Below are positions 40,046 through 52,232 of a stretch of 64,000 bases of DNA, piece after piece. Each line of letters starts with the position of its first letter. The stretch's first letter is position 1. The stretch covers positions 47,430,001-47,494,000 of the forward strand of contig OX597814.1 in NCBI GenBank assembly GCA_951406725.2. Direction: 5' to 3'. The position numbers and the translations under genes are program-made. The notes under the pieces are model-generated. The model ran no database searches, was not told the origin of the DNA, and saw only the letters and a list, made by a program, of their open reading frames with translations. Origin of the DNA: Octopus vulgaris (lineage: Eukaryota).

Positions 40046-40331
40046 GACTACAAAATGTAAAATGTAACTAGAGAAATCAACCAATCAATCATAATTTATA
40101 CAGCTGTTTTATATGTGTGAGTGTTTGAATGGTTTACACTGATGAGAAGCAAGCTTTTAAACAGACCAAATTTATTAAGAGGGTTAGTGCTTTAAGAAAA
40201 TAACCACTGAAATCCAAAGCTTCATTTTTCTCAGCAAGCTTAATTATCAGAGACAAAAATGTAATCAAAAATCTGTTGTAAGAAAATTTACACTAATAAG
40301 TCTTTTAACCTTGTATTTTATAAGAAATTTC

Positions 40332-40750
40332 CGATCTTTTCGGTTTGAACGGCAGTTTTTAACAATTTCTAGGTAACTAAAAAATTTTAAACTTCGTATA
40401 CTGGTAGAATGTGTTTATAAAGCATCTTTTTCTCTTGGCTTTATTGAGAAAATTTTATAGTTTGTAAGATATTTGTTGTTTTTTTTCTTCAATTTCTGCA
40501 ATTTCAACCAATCACTGACGCCTATTGAGGTAAAAAAAAAACATTCTGTGCCGTATGAATATGTCCCTCGTTTAAGAAACAGATTGGGTTTATTTACATT
40601 TGTGAAGAAAAAAAATTACCCTTCCTCCCACCCCTAACCCTAACCCTATAACAGATTGAAATGCAATAGATCGATACTAGGGTCGTAATTATGAGTGACA
40701 ATTTCATATGACACCGTTAGAAAAAACTGCCGTTCAAACCGAAAAGATCC
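40332..40750 (-). mobile_element. 419-bp MITE, inverted copy of 17425-17835, with (CCCTAA) repeats
   Basis: TIR (C)GATCTTTTCGGTTTGAACGGCAG / CTGCCGTTCAAACCGAAAAGATCC; perfect 8-bp TSD GAAATTTC (40324-40331, 40751-40758). Confidence 0.93.
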
Positions 40751-41804
40751 GAAATTTCATATCTAAATGAACTTTATGAAAATTGGTTGTCTTTTATAGA
40801 AATTTACAGTTTAATACACAAAACATTATTGCCTGTTAGAATGTGATCAAGTGGTATCTTGTTGCTATCAGACAATATATCAATATTCTCTAGGAGTGTT
40901 GTCTTCCCTAATTATATAGTATTATATAAGATAGATCGGGTTGTTGGTTGTTTCCTGAGCACTTCTCGGGTAGGTGAAAGAAATAATTATGTTCATTAGG
41001 TGATTAGTGCCTTCAGTTCTGTGATTGTGTATTTGAAATGGTTTGATACTTTGCTTTAGTAGCATGACTAAATGTGACCTTTCTGAGCCAGGGTTTGGAA
41101 AGGAAAGTTTGTACTTCATAATATATCTTCTTACATCAGGTTTTAAAACTGAAACCTGATGCTGTAATTTTCAATGAATCTACAGGAACCATTATTCGAC
41201 ATTTTCTGCAGCCATATATATGTTCTGGACAAGAAAATTGAGATAGCAAAATAGTGGAATGTTTTCAGCTATTTTCACATGCTTTATTGAGAATTATTCA
41301 ACAGCAAATGATAAACAACTATCCCAGGAATAATAAAATGCCAGATTTGTAGATATGCTTTCTTGTTGAGACTTTTTACCACACCTGTTCCATCAGGAAG
41401 AGTAGAAGAGCCTAAGAATTTATATTAAAGGCTATAGAAAAGAAAAAAAGAAAATACACTCTGAAGAATGTGTGTTGATGAAAGATATAACTGAACAGGC
41501 GAATACGAGGGAGAAAGAAGGAGAGATCGTCTTAAAGAAAAGAGCAACTATAAAATGTTTCTAGAAAATTTTGATAAACTGTTTTAGCAGACCAGGTATG
41601 GAATTTTTGGAAGGGGCTGCTATATTAGAAAATTAAATCATAAAATGGTGATCTTGTGCATTTGAATTACAAGATTCAATTTTTGCATTTGTTGTCATTG
41701 TTGTACTTTTTTTTCTTTTTTAACTGTAGAATTCATAAGCTAGATTTTAAACATAAAGAATGAGTCTTTACCATTATCTATAAGAGTATATTTCTGTTAC
41801 AAAT

Positions 41805-42385
41805 ACATCATCATCATTATCATTACCATCATTTAATGTTCATTTTCCATGCTGGCATGAGTTGGACAATTTGACAGGAGTTGGCATGCCAAAGGTCTGT
41901 GCCAAGCTCTGGCTAGATGCCCTTCCTAACACTAATCACTTTCCAGAGTGTACTGGGTGCTTTTAACATGGCACAGACACCAGTGAGGTGCCAAACTACG
42001 TGCAGGACAAGATCCTTCAACTGAAGGATATAGTATTGAGAAAGGTGGTTTTATGCCAAGTGATAAAAGGCTAAAGCTTCATATATATATATATATGAAA
42101 AGGCACCATTCGAGCGTGATCATTACCAGTGTCGCCTTACTGGCACCTGTGCCGGTGGGTTGTGTAAAAAGATTCAAGCGAGGTCGTTGCCAGTACTGCC
42201 GGTGGCACGTAAAAGCACCCACTACACTCTTGGAGTGGTTGGCATTAGGAAGGGCATCCAGCTGTAGAAACTGCCAGATCAAGATTAGAACCTGGTGCAG
42301 CCATCTGGTTCGCCAGCCCTTAGTCAAAATCGTCCAACCCTTGCTAGTATGGAAAGCAGACGTTAAACGATGATGATGATGATAT
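41805..42385. mobile_element. Two RTE 3'-end repeats, head to head (41805-42070 minus, 42095-42385 plus)
   Basis: (CAT)n tail at the left end and (GAT)n tail at the right end, with the family motifs between. Confidence 0.8.
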
Positions 42386-42515
42386 ATATATATATATATA
42401 TATATATAGGTTGAGAGAGTAATTTTGTTAGGAATCAAAATCCAACTGAATCTCAACTTTCTCAATAATACGAAAAATACTGACAGAAGCAGAATTTCAT
42501 GCCAGAACTGTTTAA

Positions 42516-42743
42516 CTCTTTTAATACAGACAGATCTTCTTGATTTTGACCATGGTTTTACGGCACAAATGTCTTGTTTTAAACTGATCTAAATTTTTAA
42601 AATTTTCATCGAAGGTTCATGCTAATTTATACCCCAAACTTCAGCTTGATAATTACAAAGTTACTTCACTAAATTCTTCATTATTGTAAAAATAGATTGA
42701 AGCAAAGGTAGCGTATTTCAACAGAAATATGGTAGCAAACGTG
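42516..42743. mobile_element. piggyBac-type MITE, degraded
   Basis: TTAA|CTCTTTTAATAC ... GGTAGCAAACGTG|TTAA. Confidence 0.5.
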
Positions 42744-43532
42744 TTAAAGAAATGCTAACTTGAGAAAATTATGTCAATGCAATTGTGTTATGGTTATGTG
42801 CAACATAAAGATCTGCTTTAATTGAAGTGATGGTATCATAGCAAGTCAAGGTCGCTGCTTAACATTTTCAAAAGAAATCAGTACTCTTGGTTATTCCAGT
42901 TAAGACAGAAGAAATGATTTAGGTTAAACGTTTCTGTAATAATTGTCTGCTGTAAGTCATGGGTCCTTTCACAAAATGTGTAACAAACTGGTAGGTGGGT
43001 GTTACTTATCTTGGTTTTTGTAGCATTAAACAGATAAGTGTCAAATTCAGATAGGATGTTAGATTATTTCAGGTAGCACTCCTAGAACTGTGGTGCCTAA
43101 TGTCAAGTTTAATAAACTGAAGCAAACAGAATTTAGTGTTATATGCAAATGCATAGCATTGCTAGCTATAGAATATAAACTCATGATAGTGTTCTAATAC
43201 CTTCGCTACTAGTCTCTTTTTACTCTTTGTATTTATATAACTAGTTAACCTCCAGAGAAATTGACCTTTGTAAGTATTAATGGTTAATATTCAAATGTTA
43301 TAGATCATAATGATAGTTCTTGCTCATAACTTGAGTATCACTTTATATGTATGTTATCTATCATATTGTTAAGTACTTAAATTAAATATATTAATTTTAA
43401 ATAATTTATTTAATATGCTTAGTTATGTACTACTTTAGTCTGCAAAAACATATTTACCATAAGGTTTATATAAAATGCTGATGACATTGCTATTCAACAG
43501 GCTTTAGTTTGCAAATGTTTAATGTTAAATAG

Positions 43533-43563
<31 letters not shown>

Positions 43564-43566
<3 letters not shown>

Positions 43567-43845
43567 AGGCGCAATGGTTAGGGCAGCGGACTCGCAGTTG
43601 TAGGATCGCGGTTTCGATTCCCAGACCGGGTGTTGTGTTTATTGAGCAAAAACACCTAAAGCTCCACAAGGCTCCTGCAAGGGCTGGTGGCGATCCCTGC
43701 TGTACTCTTTCGCCACAACTTTCTCTCACTCTTCTATTGGCCTGCTTGCTTAGCCAGTAGAGTGGCGTCATTTGAAGGCTAAAACAATGACCAGTGATGT
43801 GTAGCAACATCTGATAGACTTGTCGGTCATGGTGATCACGGTCAT
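43564..43845 (+). mobile_element. Third-family tRNA-derived SINE with an RTE-derived tail
   Basis: tRNA-like head 'ggaggcgcaatggttagggcagcggactcgc...ggtttcgattccc'; tail shared with the RTE remnant at 59055-59115; inserted in (TA)n. Confidence 0.82.
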
Positions 43846-44019
43846 ATACACACACACACACTATAAAAACAATCCAAGTGAAAGATTCTGACCACAAGTC
43901 TTAATTATATGTATTAAATAAAATTACTAAAACAAAGACTATTAAAAAGATATAATAATAATAATACAATATAAAATGTTTAATAGAGCCATTTGCTATT
44001 TAGTCCTTTTTATATATTC

Positions 44020-44357
44020 AAACATTGGGCCTCACAGAGGTGAAGGACATGGTGGTGAAGCATGATCCTTGAATGCTTGGCCTCACAGAGACAAGTGACT
44101 GAGACCTTGGCAATATGCTGTGCTTGAGAAGACTTGTCAAGCCAAGTGAAACCATAGTCGTGCCCATTGCTAGTATCATGTAAATGGCACCTGTGCCAGT
44201 GGAACATAAAAAGCACTGGTTGGTATTAGGAAGGGCATCCAGCCGTAGAAACCATGCCAAATCAGACTAGAACAGCTCTCCAGCTTACCAGTTACAGCCA
44301 AACAGTCTAACCCATGCCAGCATGGAAAGCGGACGTTAAATGATGACGATGTTGATG
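44020..44357 (+). mobile_element. 5'-truncated RTE LINE end
   Basis: 'gggcctcacagagg...gaagcatga...atatgctgtgcttgagaagac' as at 39130-39220, with a (GAT)-type tail. Confidence 0.85.
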
Positions 44358-45819
44358 ACTGCATGTAATCATATAATACCATAAATTTAAACAAATGTTC
44401 ATTTAAACATGTTTAAAGTGAGATGCACGCTTGTTTCTAACAACCTCATGCTTGTCACATATGTGAACATAAATTCATAATTTTATTTATGTATAAGCAG
44501 ATACTTAATCATAGGAACAGAAAAATGGATGCAAACAAACTCAAAAATTTCCAGTTCATAAATGTTCATAGTGGCTAACTAGTGTTAATAATAATTAAGA
44601 ATTAGTTAATTGTCATCTTCAAATAGCCACAATTGAGTAACAAGTAATTTTGACCTAATTTGTGTTTAATGAAAGAAGGTATGTAGTTGCTGTTTAAATT
44701 TAAAAACAACAACAATTTGTTTATATATTTATTTTTTGTGGGGTTGGAGTAATACAGGAATTGAGGGTTTTTTTCTTTTTTTGTTCAACTTTCTCTTGGG
44801 TGGTCCAAAAGTTGTTTTGATTGGTATCTGATTTTTTAATTTTTATTTTATTTTATTTATTTATTTATTTTTGCTAGATAGGGAATGAACTAAAATCTTA
44901 TATGCCCTAAAGGTTGATGTTTGCATTTGAATTATTAACTCATATGACTGTTTGTTATCATTCAGTAATTGATTCTATAATGTCAAAGTTAATAATATAA
45001 TATTCGGTGTATGCAGTTGAGGCAGTATTTAATTTAATTAAATTACCCATCCATGTAACATACATAATATATATATATATATATATATATATACTATTTA
45101 TAGGCAGATTACTGTGGTTTTCATCTGAAATAAAATCTCTTATGGATGTGATGTACTTAAAGCTCAATATATATTGGGAGACAAAAAAAAAAAAACAGGT
45201 CAGCAGTTTCCAGCAAGTAAGCCAGATGCTTTTTCAGTCTTTTTTGGGCTTGTCAGTGATGTATACCTGCAGCCATCCACATGCTAGATGGATTTGTTGC
45301 CTCTGATATGGGAAACAGTAAATAACATGCTCACTGATATTGCAAGTAGCTGCTGGGTTGAATATATATTCAGTGTATACAATTAAAGCAGTATGGAATA
45401 GAAACAGTCGTCAGTGTATCATACTTAGTGTATCTACACAAATGAGTGGCAAGGTTCTGAGAGTTTTCTTCTTTTTTTTTTTCATGTAAAATAAAAAAAT
45501 TTTTTAAATATACTATATATTGGAAGTAGATGAAAACTCACTCTGGCAACAGATAACGAAAATGCAAAATGCATTTTGACCCCATTTTAGGCCTTGTCAA
45601 TTTAGTATATTTGCTGCTTGCCACAGGCTTTAAAGAGATTTGCCACCTCTAATATAGGAAACTGAATAACATGTTCACTAGTATTACAAGTAGCTGTTGG
45701 ACTGAATATAAATCCAGTGTATGAATACATAGATGGCTATTTTAATTTAATACTGCCTCAATTGCATGCAGTGGATTTTAAAATAACCTGGGAGCTATTT
45801 ACAATCTCAGTGGACATAA

Positions 45820-46015
45820 TCATCATCATCATCATCAACATTTAACATCCATTTTCCATGCTGCTATGGAAAATGGATGTTAAATGGAGCTAGACAGCTT
45901 GACAGGAACTGGCAAGGCCAGGAGCCACACTAGTTCCATAGTCTGTTTTGGCCTGGTTTCTACTGCTGGATGCCCTTCAAAATGTTCACCACTTTACAGA
46001 ATGTACTGGGTGTTC
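45820..46015 (-). mobile_element. RTE 3'-end repeat containing a 21-bp perfect hairpin
   Basis: catttaacatccattttccat-gctgct-atggaaaatggatgttaaatg (45839-45886). Confidence 0.8.
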
Positions 46016-46129
46016 TTGTTCATTGCTGCTGCTTGGGCAATTTGTCATCTCCCTCTGATATATAATATATTTTTAAACATAGCTTGTCCATTAGAGATTA
46101 TCTTAAAAATGGAAAAGATACATTATATT

Positions 46130-46470
46130 AAACTAGCACTATAACCCTGCAACGCTGAGTCATAGTGCTAGTGCATGCATATACAACTGCGTGCGCACAT
46201 ACATGCGAGTACTGTCCAAATTTCCAACCAATCACATACAGCTAGCTGGTATTCAATTGGCGTATCAAGTTTCGGGCATTTTGATTGGGTTTTGGATAGA
46301 AAATTCACAAAAAAGTCACTTCTATTGATTGTTTAATGGCTTTGCGGGGTGACTGGGGAAATATAAAGATGTGCACGACCACCCTTGGAAGGTTTTGAAT
46401 GACCATAGAGAGTGCGAGCCTTCTAACTGAAAAATTGTGGATTTGCCGTTTATATATATATATATAGAGA
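46130..46470 (+). mobile_element. Helentron-associated non-autonomous element (HINE/DINE-like)
   Basis: Starts AAACTAGCACTATAACCC with inverted partner GTCATAGTGCTAG (hairpin 46133-46171); ends in tttatatatatatataga. Confidence 0.6.
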
Positions 46471-48817
46471 GAGAGAGAGATGATATTGTTCAAGATAGAT
46501 TGTGTCTTTAAAAATAGGATGGTCATAATTGGAGAACAATTGGTAAGAGGTCTTCACTGCACCAACAACTTGAGATATACAAATCTCCATATAAGCTATT
46601 GTGTTCCGAACTAATCTCATCGGGCTGGCATGGATTAACAAAATAAGTATTGCCACATTATTAACTCATAAAGAAACATACCTTTTTAAACAGCAAAATG
46701 AATCATGTATGGTTCATAAGTCTTTGCAGAAGGTTCACTGTTGTATTAAGGTTTGTTAATTGAAAACTGTAATATATAGTTTACATTGTGTGATAATCAC
46801 CACCACCACCACCACCATCATCATCATTGTCATCATTATTTTAACGTCCACTTTTTGAGGCTTGTACAGTTCAGATGGAGTTTGCTGAGATTTCCTATGG
46901 CTGGATACCTTTGCTCTCACCAACCCTGTCCTGTTTCTGAGCAAATTTGGCTGCTATTTCAACAGTTTGGTTGGTCATGTAGAAGTTCCCTCTGAATCGT
47001 ATTTCTCAAGTTTCTCATTCACATTACAAATGTAGTTTTTGTAAGAGGGGTGATATCATTCATGAACACGTGGAGTCACATACAGATCAACCATATCATT
47101 TGGTTCATATGAGACGATTGAATCATGAGCACATCTTTACTTTAATATCAGCTCAAATAACTTCAACGGCAGTCCAAATATCCTAATCTCCTATAAGTGC
47201 TCTCTTTCTCTCTCTCTCTCTGACCTACAAGTTATGAAAAACATTGCTATAAGGGGGGAAAAAATGATAAATGATTTTTTGAGAAAAATATTTCCCTACT
47301 TTATTTACAACTGAAAGAGTAAGAGTTTTACACACACACACACATTGTTTACAAATTAAACTTGTGGTTTTCTTCATTTGTTTTTTGTTTTTTTTTACAC
47401 AACTAGCTGAGAAGCAGATGGCGTAAGTATATACAAATATGCTTACTTGCTATTTTACTATCCATGGTATGCACAAACTCCAGATGGATAGGTGGGACAA
47501 CACACACACAGATAATTGCTATTCTTAAATTATTCTGCTCTGTACAATATTAAATCCCACCTTCTGCAAGCGAATAATAAATAAATTTTAAACGTCTTAG
47601 AGAAAAAACGTTGTTTAGAAAGATCAAGAAATAAAACCAGAATTTTTTTAAAAAGTCTAAACACAGGAATATACAAACAGTTGCATCAATTTAAAGAGAT
47701 TAACAGAAGAAAGATTGAATGAGGGAGTAAAAATGTAAGATATGGAAACTATAGTAATAAACACACTATTATTGGCCTAATGGTAAAAAGAAAAGAGAAT
47801 TTTATGCGTGAACGAATTAAAATAGGATAGCAGGTGTGGGTAAGTGGTAGAAGTTTTTTTTTTTTTTTAAGATAAACGTGAGAGAACCTAGAGATAGCTA
47901 GATGGATGGATGAATGGATGGAAAAATTAATAGAGGAAGCTAGAGGGAAAAAATGTATTGGGAAGAGGGGGAAATAAGCATAAAAAAAAATTTACATAAA
48001 CAACAAACACGAAAAACACAGAACATGAATGGAGATGAAGAGAAGGTAGGTTTTAAAAAAATGAAATTGCTTTATAAAACCACAAAATAAAAGAAAATAT
48101 GAGTGGGATGTGAAACAAGGAATAAATGGAAAAGAGAATGATGAGCATTTCAATGTACAGAGGTTGAAAGAAAATGATGAGTATTTTGGATCACTATAGC
48201 ATTTGTGTAATGTGATGAAGTAGGGAAGAGAGAGAGGGAGAGAGAGTTTTATAAGCACCTGTCTTCGCGGCTGAAGACAGAAACAGGGGTGGTGAGACAG
48301 ATTTCAAGTGAAGTGCTGTTTTTCTTAAGGACCATTCAACCATCCTCTAACTGTTATCTTTTGGCCTTTCTCTTTACTACTATCACATTTCACTCAGAAA
48401 AATGGAATCCATTGACCTTATCTCCTTCCCCAAATTGTTGAAGAATTCCGTTTTGGTTGGCTTTTAAGCAAAAGAGAAAAAAACTTTTTATTTATTTATT
48501 TATTTATTTATTTATTTGAAAAAAGAAGAGACAGAAGAAAGTTAACTGAATACTGAAGCTCAACAGCTGTGAACTTATCTGCTTGGTGTCGAGAATAGTG
48601 TGTAGTTGGTGAGAGTAAGTTTACTTACGACTATTCTTTGTATGGAGTATATAAGTGGAAAAGAGTATTAACACTTGGAAAATGTTTTCGTTCTTCACTA
48701 TTCTTAAAATCTGTGGATTAAGGGACACTGAATTGTGTAGTTTCAAGTGCATTTCTCATCATTAAATCTGCCAATACCATTTGCAGATATAACAATTTTT
48801 TTTTAAATCTCTCAAAA

Positions 48818-49190
48818 TGTGGCTGTTTGGTAAGAAGCTTGCTTCCCAACCATGTATAGTTCCGGGTTCACCCACTATGTGGCACCTTGGGCAAGTGTCT
48901 GCTACTGTAGCTTCATGCTGACCAAAGCCTTGTGAGTGGGATTGGTAAACGGAAGTTGAAAGAAGCTTATTATATGTATGTATGTGTATAAATATATGTG
49001 TTTGTGTGTGTGTTCCCCACCACTGCTTGATAATCAGTGTTGGTATATTTACATACCCGTAACTTAATGGTTCACAAAAGAGAGTGATAGAATAATTACT
49101 TGGGTCAATTTGTTCAGCTAAAATTTCTTCAAAGCAGTGCCCCAGCATGACTGCATTCTAATGACTGATACAAATAAAAGATAAAAGAAA
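48818..49190 (+). mobile_element. CORE-type SINE (OR-like), full length
   Basis: tRNA head, 'ggcaccttgggcaagtgtc' and tail 'cccagcatgactgcattctaatgactga...aaataaaagataaaag'. Confidence 0.85.
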
Positions 49191-49191
49191 G

Positions 49192-49770
49192 GCACAAGAA
49201 TAGCCGTGTGGTTAAGAAGTTCGCTTCCCAACTATATTTCATTCCTCTGCGCACTACCTTGGGGAAGTGTCTTTCTTTTATTGTAGTCTCGGGTTGATCA
49301 AAACATTATGAGCTTTTGTTCCCTCTAAGTTGTGCACTTGGGCGTGTGTGTGCACATGTTTCCGAGGAGGGACAGGTTTCTAAGATGAAACAGAATTTTA
49401 AAAAATTGATGGTTTTTCACATCAGTGGATATATACTTTGTAAAGAAAGCCCTAATTTGCACAGAAGCAAATTTTTGCGCACACCCACTACAAAAAATTA
49501 GAGAGAAATTTGATTGTGACTGGAATTTACAAGACAAGAAAGTGTGCTGAAACCTGTTGTAAAAACATGTTTGTGTGCTAATGTGAGCCACTGTATTAAG
49601 GTGCATGCCTCTATGTAAAAACAAGAGAAGAACAAACACACATATGCACACAAAAACAAAATTTATCCACTTAGCCATTCAATAAAGCAAGTTCTGGAGT
49701 CAATATGATTGATAAAAGTTGGTGCCCCAGCATGGTCAGTGCTCAGTGATAGAAACTTATGAAAGAAAGA
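49192..49770 (+). mobile_element. CORE-type SINE interrupted by an about 195-bp hAT-like MITE (about 49316-49512)
   Basis: SINE head to 49312; insert with ends 'tgttccctctaa' / 'ttagagagaaa'; SINE tail 'gtgccccagcatggtc' at about 49722. Confidence 0.6.
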
Positions 49771-50107
49771 AAAATGACCCATTGAGGAAATGCAACAAAT
49801 CAGAGAAGAAATATTTCTTTCTTTAAAATTCAAAAAGTAGATTTTGATCCTTAAATTAAGTTGGTAACATTAATTTCAAAGATTTTTAAGTCTAACACAA
49901 CAACCTTTTTGTCGTATTGAATATTCATTTTGCTTTTATTTAGAGGGATGTGGTTGCATAGTTAAGCTTGCTTTCTAACAAAGTGATCTTGGATTCAATC
50001 TCACTGTGTGGCACCATGAGCAAGTGTCTTCTACTCTAACTCCATGCTAACCAAAACCTTGTGTATGGATTTGGAAGACAGAAACTGGAAAAAGCCAGTC
50101 GTATATA

Positions 50108-50500
50108 CATAGGTGAAATAAACATCAGAGATCTGCAGGAGTTACTCAGATGTTTTGTAAACTCTTTGAAATCCATTGCAATGTTGGAAACCCTTCTGTA
50201 TCATCAGCAAGTATCTTAGGGTCACAAGAATTTTGCCCTTGAACCTGTATGCTTCACCTGAATGGGGCAGTGAGGACTGAACTAGTCTTCAGAATTAGCA
50301 GAAGGGTTTCACTTGCTGTCTCTTATCTTGTCATGCCTTCACTTGTATTAGCCTTTTCCTTGTCCCCTAGAGTATCTGGTCAAAAAGTGGTTCAGGGTGC
50401 AAAGAGTTGCTCCACATTGCTTGCATAATAGGTCTTCTTTGCCCTAAGTTTTAAGGTTATTTGGGGTTGGCAAGAGATCTGCAACACCACGCTTGAGGAA
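50108..50500 (-). pseudogene. NeSL/HERO/R2-group non-LTR retrotransposon C-terminal remnant, inserted in a SINE (49945-50105 and 50505-50625)
   Basis: Minus-strand translation LLPTPNNLKT*GKEDLLCKQCGATLCTLNHFL...QGKG*YK*RHDKI, matching the CCHC knuckle plus RHD motif of restriction-like-endonuclease elements. Confidence 0.75.
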
Positions 50501-50631
50501 AGACTTGCATGTATGTGTGTGTGTGTGCACCCTTGTCTTGATGTCATATGATGTTCATTTCTAGTCTTCATTGAGAGACATATCTGGCTGTGGGAAATTA
50601 TTACTTTGCTTGGCGAGGGTTGATCATACGT

Positions 50632-51278
50632 GGGATCTTTACCTTTTGACCTACAGATTTTAAAAATATTTTTTTGTAACTAAACACTTTCAAACTTCGG
50701 ATACTGGTAGAATGTCATATAAAACATCGTTTACTCTTAGCATTTTTGAGAAAAACTTATATTTACGAAGTTGTTTGTTGTTAAAGATCTCGTATTTCGG
50801 TAATTTCAACCAATCAATGACGTGTATTCAGCTGAATAAAATTACTGCTGTTGTTTGTCAGCAACAACTATCGGCGGTGTATATTTCGTTTGTCACTGTT
50901 ATTTATGACAACCCTAACCCTAAAACCTTAATCCTAACCCTAAAACCCTAAACCCTAACCCTAAAACCTTAAAATCAGTACAAATGCACGAACGATGTCA
51001 TAACTAACAGGGACAAACGAAAAATACACCACCGATAGTTGTTGTTGACAAACAACAGCAGTAATTTTATTCAGCTGAATACACGTCATTGATTGGTTGA
51101 AATTACCGAAATACGAGAACTTTAACAACAAACAACTTCGTAAATATAAGTTTTTTTCTCAAAAATGCTAAGAGTAAAAGATGTTTTATATGATATATTC
51201 TACCAGTGTCCGAAGTTTGAAAGTGTTTAGTTACAAAAAAATATTTTTAAAATCTGTGGGTCAAAAGGTAAAGATCCC
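50632..51278. mobile_element. 647-bp fold-back DNA element with about 280-bp arms and a telomere-like core
   Basis: Arms 50632-50910 and 50996-51278 are near-perfect reverse complements beginning GGGATCTTTACC; the core holds CCCTAA/CCCTAAA variants; flanking duplication CATACGT/CATACGC. Confidence 0.93.
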
Positions 51279-51984
51279 CATACGCGTTATTCAGCGTACT
51301 GTGTCCCCATGAATTTCTGAGTAATAGTCGGTAACATTTTATATTCCATTCAAACCATGCTTAGAATTTCGTAATAAATTACTTTGTATAATATTAGGTT
51401 GGCTTTTCATTCTTCTAAGTGCCAATAAAATACTACCGTCGTGATATCAAATGTATCTTTTCTTTAAAAAAAAAATGGGAGTCTAGTGTCTCGTAAAAAT
51501 AAATTATGTTTATTAGTAACATTACTTAGTATCAGAGATCTTTTTACGTGATTGCAACTCTCTTAATTTGACCGCTTTGTTATCTTCAGCAATTCTGATA
51601 ACGTTCTCGTTTGGTACCACAGCATGACCTATTATCAGTACAGTTTACAGACTCAAGCCATTACAGTGATTTTACGCTTATTATTTTACCCACCATGCCG
51701 ATAGAAATAGTACATTTATTTCCTTTCAATCTATCTATACCCTAAGAAATACATACATACGTACGTACGTACGTTCATACATACAAATAAAACAGGATAT
51801 TTTCTAACGCAATCAATATGGAATTCGTACAATGTCATAGAATCGCTAGTGTAGTGAGGTTGGTCAGAATTTGTTGCTGTATCACCATGATGTAGGCAAC
51901 TGATTTATCAGTCTATAGAGAATTGCTCTCCATGTTCGTTACTTGTACTTCTGTCTGTTTTTATTCGCCCGCTCAGCTTTTACA

Positions 51985-52232
51985 CAAATACATACATATA
52001 TAAACATACATACATACATACATACATACATACATACATACATACATACATACATACATACATACATACATACACACATACACACATACATACATACATA
52101 CATACATACATACATACGTACATACGTACATATGTACATACATACATACATACATACATACATACATACGTACATACATACGCACATACGTACGTACATA
52201 CGTACATACATACACACATACATACATACATA
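51985..52232. repeat. (TACA)n tetranucleotide microsatellite
   Basis: Directly visible. Confidence 0.95.

Noticed and set aside
40130-40170. CTGATGA-GAAGC-AA-GCTTT-TAAAC as a hammerhead (likewise CTTGATGAGGC at about 3262)
   Set aside because: GAAA box and stems I and III cannot be formed convincingly; could be chance or too decayed
43564-43630. tRNA gene
   Set aside because: The tRNA-like head lacks a complete cloverleaf and continues into a SINE body and tail; the same applies to the other SINE heads
49325-49678. 117-aa ORF with a signal-peptide-like N-terminus
   Set aside because: Spans a MITE and the SINE it interrupts; the hydrophobic start comes from a TG-rich tract
50140-50210. Minus-strand CTGATGA...AAAAC-ATCTGA-GTA as a hammerhead
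   Set aside because: No stem I complementarity and no GAAA box; lies in the 3' part of the NeSL/HERO-like fragment
50911-50972. True telomere or chromosome-fusion scar
   Set aside because: Short, degenerate, and enclosed within the arms of a transposon with a flanking duplication
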